Assembly: GCA_021432655.1 (NCBI GenBank)
Contig: MU271338.1
Coordinates: 1-57,704 of the forward strand
Direction of reading: 5' to 3'
DNA: 57,704 nt
Source of the DNA: Atractiella rhizophila
Taxonomy: Eukaryota
Shown here: positions 50,001 through 57,704 of the stretch, piece by piece
Position numbering within the stretch: position 1 is the stretch's first letter
How the letters are laid out: each line of letters starts with the position of its first letter
Position numbers and translations under genes: made by a program
Notes under the pieces: generated by a model
The model's database searches: none
What the model saw: only the letters and a program-made list of their open reading frames with translations
What the model was told of the DNA's origin: nothing

Positions 50001-50464
50001 GCAACAAGTACAAGATCATGAACTACGTCCACCTTCCCGTGAGTCCTTAAGCCGTCTTTTCCTGGCTGCCATTAACTGTCTCCCAGGTCTTAATCTACGG
50101 CTCCCTTATCTGGGCTCCTTACAACTTGGCCAACGCTTGGCCCAACGTGCCTGTTGGATGGTTCTTCAACAGCTACATTAAGAAGCACTACGTTGGATGG
50201 TGGTCTCGATACAACTACATCACCTCCGGAGCCTTCTCCTCCGCTATTGCTATCGCAGCTGTGCGTTGTTCTTCCGGCGTTTCTGATGGGTAACTGACCC
50301 ACCGTTTATAGATCGTTATTTTCTTTGCTATTCAATGGCCGGGAGCAAGCATCGAGTGGTCCGGTAACGAGCGACCATACGCAGGATGTGACGGCAATGC
50401 TTGCAGGCGTTTGCCCATCCCTGACGTTGGGTACTTTGGGCCTGGTGTTGGAGAGTTCAATTAA
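47045..50464 (+). CDS. OPT-family oligopeptide transporter (many introns)
   Basis: NSPYTEVRAVV, NPGPFNKKE|HMVVTIMAN, WPANL, DIHMKLMSKYKEVPEW, QDLKLAHYTHIPPR and WWSRYNY. Confidence 0.95.
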
Positions 50465-51874
50465 ACGACCTTTGATGAGTCTTAGATCGCTGATCGCTGT
50501 CTTCATGGGATTGTATGCTGTATTTGGTTAACCCTGTCATGAATCTCTAATTCTCTCTCTGGAACCTTATTGCTTCCCTGAACTGAGCAGAACTGTAGAT
50601 TCTAAGGAAAGGAGTTGTCGTGGGTGCCAGCATGACAATCTCTGTTAGCTCTGTTGATAGAACCCTCATTGCGTTTCAATCGCTTGTCCCTTGGTCAAAT
50701 CCGTTGTGGAACAAGACCAGACTAAGAACCTCACTTTCATTTCCCTATTCTCTGCCTCTCTTCTTCGAGTCGCAAACTGCGACTCCACAGGTGCGACAGC
50801 AGTCAAGTTAGTCCCTGAAGCAACTAACTAATGCTTTTCATAAAATGCCAATAGTCTAATTATCATCCACGCAACTCTCTTATAGGCCAAGACCCAGAAG
50901 AAACGAGGGAAGCAGGAGGCACCCGAATTGGGATCTGAACCGAGCAAAAAATGATTCTCCCATTGTCATGTTAGCATCCCGCCTTGCCATGCGCTCCCTA
51001 CACGTCCCCGAAGAGTTCCTTTATGGACAAGCGCCGTACCCGCAAAAGTCGTTTGTAGAGCAGGGACCATTAAAATAAAGTTCCTAAGCAAGTAGGAGGG
51101 CTGGTTTTGCATAAGAAGTGTTGGAAAGACGTGGTATGCTCCATGCTTTTGTTTCAGACAAAGAGCTTTGACTGGGCTTGCTGGGATGTAGGTTTAAAGC
51201 ATGAGGGGCACCAAAGCGTTTTGATCTTAACTATACCGCAAAGACCTGAACGATCATCGGAGCGTTCCCATGCTCGGCATCTCGCAATTCGCTAGCCGTC
51301 GTAACAAAAACCTACGAATGTTAAATGCTTCTTTCAAACATCTCCTCTCGAACCTCGCAGTACGAAGAGAAGCGTAGTTTGAGGGAGAAGGTAGTAGACC
51401 GATTATAGGAGAGTGACATGAGGACGATAGGTTGGGGATGAAGAGGACGCATCTTGTCAACCCGCGCTTTTATCAACGAGGAACGGTTACATTCTGGATC
51501 CTCGTGCCGGACATTATGGAGATTATACTGGGCTATGGCTCCTCAGATATTTCTTGTTCATCCTCTTCTGGGACCAAAATCGAAAGCGTTGGGTAGTTGG
51601 AGCACATGTAGAATATGGCAATCTGCAGCTATGGCATAAAAGGAGTGTCTGATTTGCAAAGATAAACCGACTGTTCTTACATCGATTTATTTTCAAACAA
51701 TGTCCTTTACAAAAGCAACCACAAGTATCCATTTCCCCTGCAACTTACATTGTTTCTCGTCCTCAGTGACCAGTTAGTGGATTTTGACCCTATCCAAGAG
51801 CTAAGTGGCATGTCTCTATGCATTCCTCATATCTGTTCCTTTCATGGTGCCTGCAAGGATGATTCTAGGCAAGC

Positions 51875-53132
51875 TCACTTCAAATTAGTCGGGAACGAGA
51901 TTTCGCTTTGTGAGGTGAGTGGTATAAGCCCTTTCTCGGTTTTCCTGAAAGGACTGGCCCTATTTCCAGCGCCGGAGAGCGGGAGAGTCCAGAAAGGATG
52001 TGCCAGCGCCAGCGCGATGAGCAGGATGACCATTGGGACTCCGTCGAAAAGGATATAGACTTGGTGCTCCGCCAAGTAACTTCGGACCACAACTATCAGC
52101 TCTCAAAATACCACAGCCAATAAAGGAACCGCACCCGTTCCATCCTTGTGCGAGCTCGATAGAACGGTAGATTCCGCGAATGATCACCGCTCCAGTGCTT
52201 ACAGCGAGCGCGACCTCAAGGTACCAGAGCGGTGTCTTCCTCGCTGGGAGGGCATCGTCGGCCTTCGCCTTCTTCCTGAACTTGAGGGCGAAGAAGCCAA
52301 AGACACAGGTGGCGACGAGTTGGAAAACGATACCAACCTCCATGATGTTTGTCCCTGCATGTCGACTCAGTCCAGCTGCTCATACTTCCAGAAAGAAGTG
52401 GAGGTTGCACAAACCCAGATCGGACCCCGACCGATCCTCAGCGGTCGCTGCTATGCCACCTCCTGCGCCTTGAAGGACTAGGGAGACGAAGTCGGCGGTG
52501 ATGAAGATTATTCCATAGAGCTTCGGTTTGAGAATGGAGTAGTGCGATCCCAGTTCCACGATGATGATTCCGAAGAGGAGATAGAGAGCAGCACTGAAAA
52601 GGGTTGGACCGATAATAAGTGTTGTCGTCTTTCGAAACCAGTTATTTCATTTCGTCGAACAATGAGAGCAGCGCAAAGGACAAACCTGAGCAATGAAAGG
52701 TCCATCACCGTATGGATCGCTGCTCGACATCACACGAGAGACCCATCCGAAAATCTCAACTATTGGCAAGCCCACTATTAACATCTGCTCTCCATTGGGG
52801 GAGGAAGGGCCACACGAGCACTCACGAATTCCGCCACCAGTGATACACAACAGCGACCAGCGCTTTGACTTAATAACCAAGCCGGTATGAACGAGGGTGA
52901 GTATAGCGCTGTAATTCACCATGAATGAGTGAAATGAAACTGAAAGAGATGTTCGAACGACAAACAAAGCGGCTGCAAAAGCGATACCGAGAGCGAGGGA
53001 AGGAACGTATCCATATTGGTTGCAATCGTCCTCCAACGCATTATAACCTGGTTGTTCCCATGGCTTTGATTCCGCTTGTTTAGTGCAGAAGAGCGCCTTC
53101 TCTTGCTTGGGAGTAAGTGTAGAGTTGGACAT
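51875..53132 (-). CDS. RTA1-like protein, copy 2 (3' end uncertain)
   Basis: MSNSTLTPKQEKALFC..QYGYVPS, GIVFQLVAT..RKTPLWYLEVALAV..IIRGIYRSIELAQGW and LFDGVPM. Intron positions are shared with copy 1. Confidence 0.9.
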
Positions 53133-53902
53133 AATTAGGAAATGAATGAAAATGATTTATCTCTATGAGTTGAGGATCTACAGAAAGGTCAAGAGTTATA
53201 TATACAGGTCATTAGCATGCCGAAGAAGCGAGAGAAAGAAGGAGTTTCGCAGAAGCGAAGGAGTGCGAACGAGCGAAGTGTTGGCGAAGTTGCGCAAGAG
53301 TGTCCTCACGACACATCAGGAAAGGAAAGTAGCAACAACTAAAGACACAAGGGATAAAAGATGATGTGACTCAAACTGCAGACTACCCGTAGGTCTTCTG
53401 GAGCCTTTGAGCGACGCAGTATGTGAGGAAGATCGCAAAACAGGGGAGGGCATAGTTGAAAATAGCCAGTTGTCATGGCATATAGACTCCCATGACGCAA
53501 AAAGTGTACGTTAAGCGACTGTTAGATTCGTCTGCAAGAGAACGACACTGTGACTTCATTCCCTTTATCCCGATATCCTCATCAAGTACGCCGGCGGCAT
53601 GGATGTCATGGAAAAGTCCTTCGGTCATTCATCTGATTTTTTTATGACGCTCTCCCTGCTAGCTATTTGCTGTAATCAAGTTCTGAGTTTTGCAATAGTC
53701 GGTTTGTGCAGGAGATAAAACTCGTTGATCTTTCAGATAGGCATGACTTATGACACTCGGGGAATCACTGTCTCCTTCTCCAGAGAACACCTCAATGTGT
53801 CTAATTCAGGCGCCTTTGGGGAGGTTATGAGAGAGAGTAATGAACTATAAATAAGCATATAACGATCATATTTCCATCAAAAGCTCGCAAGCGGAAAAGG
53901 AC

Positions 53903-54410
53903 ATGCTCAGCTACAAGGAGTTGGTCGCAACTTCGCCTCAACTTCCTCAACTAATCATACACCGTCTTCAGGGGTTCAGCTTTGATATCGCTTGATATAC
54001 AGCCCATACAATCCATTTACTCGTGCACACTGACCTTCAAGGTCTCGCATTTCTTTCTCTAATAACGCACCTGAAGAACCTGAAGCAAAAACGTCCTTTC
54101 ATGCCCTACATTGATAACATGCTCCTTTGCCTGTGCCACCTCTGTTACTGCACCTGCATAACTTCCCTAACCCTACCATTCTCCAGCCTCCAGCCGTTTT
54201 TCTTCCCAACTGCCACATCATCGTCTCCCCCGACTCGCCGTTCGTTCAGTCGCCGTCGATCAATCTCGCCGACACCGCTTTGAAAGACGCTGATTGGACA
54301 AGGAAGCCTGAGCATGTTATTTAGACCGCCTGGGAGAGACTGCAAGTTACGGAGTGTTGACGTTGAAGCCAAAAGGGGAATTTGCAGATTGAGCTGCACG
54401 ACGTTAGTGA
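53903..54410 (+). pseudogene. Decayed multi-exon gene of unknown family
   Basis: TATAAAT at ~53846, ATG at 53903, intron-like segments, and in-frame stops after KDADWTRKPEHVI. Confidence 0.3.
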
Positions 54411-55281
54411 GCTTATCTTGTCTTGCGTCGGTGGTTTGGTGATGGTTGGGATTGGAGTTCGCTTCCCTTATTACTGTAAAAACTATCTATAGCTTCTGTT
54501 ATCAAGCATGCGAAATTTCCAAAAAACTATATAACAAGGAAAGATTCTATATCTGAACAAGAATACCATTTCGCTTCCTTCATCCTTCTTTCAAGTCTAG
54601 GCGACATCCGTACGGATTTTGGGGTCACCTGTGGCATCACGCTTAGCAACGCGTTACGTGCTCTATCTAAGCAGTGGCCAGTTCTTTCCATGTCTCTCGT
54701 GGGATCTTTGAGAGGGATTTCCACCGTCATTACTTATCCCACTTGAGCGTCTGTACCTACCTGCCATTTTCTCAACCTTGTTCATCTTTTACGAAACAAC
54801 AACAGCATCAGACAAGGCGCTGTTGACGTCGTTGTCAGACTCCCGCTTTCCAAAGACTTTGCCAGTATGTTGAGTGAATTCAACGTCACGTCTGTCGTGC
54901 GAAAGGTTAGACCAGATAACGTGCCGCAAACCAGAGATTTCTACTGCATGATCCTCTTGGGTGATGCCCGATCATGATCCACTTGTTGGCCAACAATTCA
55001 GGTTGCCTCTGGGTTTCGATCTTTCTTAACCGCCTTGAACGACTCCTCCTGTTTATCTTTCGCATTCCAGTGAGCTCAACCGTCCGTGTCTGGTCACCTT
55101 TCCAACTGATCCCAGTTGAACTCCAAAAACTTACGCTTACAACGAATCGTTCATGTTCGAACAAGTGGATGAGTGGCCTCAGCTTGTTCCTCGCCAGAAC
55201 TATATTGATCACTGACACGATTGGTGAGGTGAACCATAGTCTTCAAGATTCAGGCTAAAGAGCTTCCTCTCTTCTTTTCAA

Positions 55282-57530
55282 TAACACAGCGAGCCGCTCC
55301 AGCATGGACGTCAAATTTAAACATTTCTGACTGTTCAGAATCATGACCCTTTCTGCAGGCACAAATTGATCTGACAGTGGAGCGACTAACATATGACACC
55401 ACGTAGCTCTTTGCAATGCATCAGGATATATTCCTTCCCTAGCTTCGGAATGGCTTTAAGCATCCGTTTTGAGTTTTGACATCTGTTGCATGAGAGAAGA
55501 TATTCATCAGGAACGTACATCTCACACTCATACTCGGCTGGACCAACATCCTATTCCAACGGTGGGCACTACTGACTCTGACAACTGGGCGACCAAGTGG
55601 GTTCTATGGGATCTAGAGGGATGTTGCTGACGAGACGATTCATTAGCTGAGGTTGTTAGATAGATTGTGCATTCGTAATCGCCTTAACGAGACCGTTCAC
55701 GACACAGGCAACTCATCCGTCTCTTTCAGAAGGCCATAATCTCAAAAGCAAGCATATAGACGGCAAGGCTGATCATCATGCCCTCCCTCTTCAGCCCTGA
55801 TTTTACCTCTCATGTAGCATCATAATCATCCACTGAGATATCGATACTCCCTCTCAAGCCGAAACTCTAGGGTTTGTGCTCATCAGTGCGGATGTGATAT
55901 CTGGTACGTTTCCAGCCACGGGAGGAGCGTTGTGTGTGACCCCAGACGACGATGACACTCAAATAGGTGTTTGTTGCTAGATTCTTGATGTGCGACATTT
56001 CCTCATGACCGATGATGCCCTGCTAATCACAGCCAACTGACTTAGCACCAACCTACATGTTCGCTGGCACTCAATCCTTTTCCGTCGTTAATGGTGGCTA
56101 CTTAATCTACAGTCTGCTTGTCAGAACCACCTTTATTAGGGTAGACGTGCCGACACCCGAGAGACAATTTATTGTTTGAGGAGCAACCAGGGATAAGGTT
56201 CGCAGCAAATTGTAAGGACTGCTCTCATGGATGGGAGAATGAACGGTGAGTGTTAGGACCATGGGTTGCCACAAGGAATGATGAACCAATGTGACAGATG
56301 GTAATCGATTCGTTCGTAACAACTTGAGTTGAGAGGAAATAATTCACAATATTGATGATGAACATGTTTTTACCCTATGCCTCAGGCTGTCAGTGCTTAC
56401 TTAACGCAGCGAGCCGCTCCAGCGTGGACGTCAAATTTAAACATTTCTGACTGTTCAGAATCATGACCCTTTCTGCAGGCACAAATTGATCTGACAGTCT
56501 GGGAGCGACTAACATATGCCCCCACTTAAGATCTTCGGAATGCATCAGGATATATTCCTTCCCTCACTTCGGAATGGCTTTAAGCATCCGTTTTGAGTTT
56601 TGACATCTATCGCATGAGAGAAGATACTCATCAGGAACATAGGTCATTCTCACACTCTTACTCGGCTAGACAAACATTCTATTCCAACTTTGGGCACTAT
56701 TGACTCTGACAACTGGGCGACCAAGTGGGTTCCGTGGGATCTAGAGGGATGTTGCTGACGAGACGATTCATTAGTTGAGGTTGTTAGATAGATTGTGCAT
56801 TCGTCATCGCCTTAACGAGACCGTTCACGGCACAGGCAACTCATCTGTCTCTTTCAGAAGGCCATAATCTCAAAAGCAAGCATATAAACGACGAGGCTGA
56901 TCATCGTGCCCTCCCTCTTCAGCCCTGATTTTACCTCTCATTTAGCATCATAATCATCCACTGAGATATCGATACTCTCTCTCAAGCCGAAACTCTAGGG
57001 TTTGTGCTCATCAGTGCGGATGTGATATCTGGTACGTTTCCAGCCGCGGGAGGAGCGTTGTGTGTGACACCAGACGATGATGACACTCAAAGAGGTGTTT
57101 GTTGCTAGATTCTTGATGTGCGACATTTCCTCATGACCAATGACGCCCTGCTAATCACAGCTAACTGACTTAGCACCAACCTACATGTTCGCTGGTACTC
57201 AATCCTTTTCCGTCGTTGATGGTGGCTACTTAATCTACAGTCTGCTTGTCGGAACCACCTTTATTAGGGTAGAAGTGCCGACACCCGAGAGACAATTTAT
57301 CGTTTGAGGAGCAACCAGGGATAAGGTTCGCAGCAAATTGTAAGGACTGCTCTCATGGATGGGAGAATGAATGGTGAGTGTTAGGACCATGGGTTGCCGC
57401 AAGGAATGATGAACCAATGTGACAGATGGTAATCGATTCATTCATAACAATTTGAGTTGAGAGGAAATAAGTCACAATATTGATGATGAACGTGTTTTTA
57501 CCCTACGCCTCATGCTGTCAATGCATACTT
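55282..57530. repeat. Head-to-tail tandem duplication, unit ~1.12 kb (55282-56401 / 56402-57530)
   Basis: Both units start taac[a/g]cagcgagccgctccagc and end ...gctgtca[g/a]tgc[t/a]tact. They are collinear throughout with scattered substitutions and small indels. Confidence 0.97.
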
Positions 57531-57704
57531 TGGATGATCTCTGCACTACACACCTGCAGCACCACTTGCTGGCGTTGACCTTCTATGAATTGTATGTTGC
57601 AGAACACCAGCAGTTGAACGGCAACAATGTGCTTCACCATAAACATCACCTACTTCCGTGTAAAGCCCCTTTGCCTCTTCAAACGCCTTCAGAGCATCCT
57701 CATT

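Noticed and set aside
55282..57530. LTR pair of a retrotransposon
   Set aside because: The copies are directly adjacent, with no internal domain, TG..CA ends, PBS/PPT or TSD.

Overview
Intron-rich fungal genomic DNA. Introns are mostly 45-65 nt GT-AG with CTRAY-like branch points and microexons. A basidiomycete, possibly Pucciniomycotina-like, is my inference. Apparently intact genes: a membrane-anchored pepsin-like protein with both catalytic motifs altered, a BTB protein, an intronless F-box/LRR-like protein, a multi-TM protein, a secreted/GPI-like protein, two RTA1 paralogues, a chromodomain protein, a KDM5/JARID1 demethylase, a DUF2264 protein, a DUF4449/HAM1-like protein, LUC7 and an OPT transporter. 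A SAM methyltransferase carries an apparent frameshift. The left half holds decayed fragments of conserved genes (UPRTase, WDR70, GYF-domain, RPA32/Stn1-like winged helix), two with visible retained introns. It also has a CACTA-like repeat terminus and a TCG-specific hypermutated patch. The right end is a 1.12-kb tandem duplication decaying by CpG transitions. The most interesting candidate is in the ~1.2-kb LUC7 intron: a stop-containing cassette exon whose acceptor and donor pair in a 13-bp stem, suggesting structure-gated autoregulation. All calls come from reading by eye with no searches run, and exon limits are approximate.
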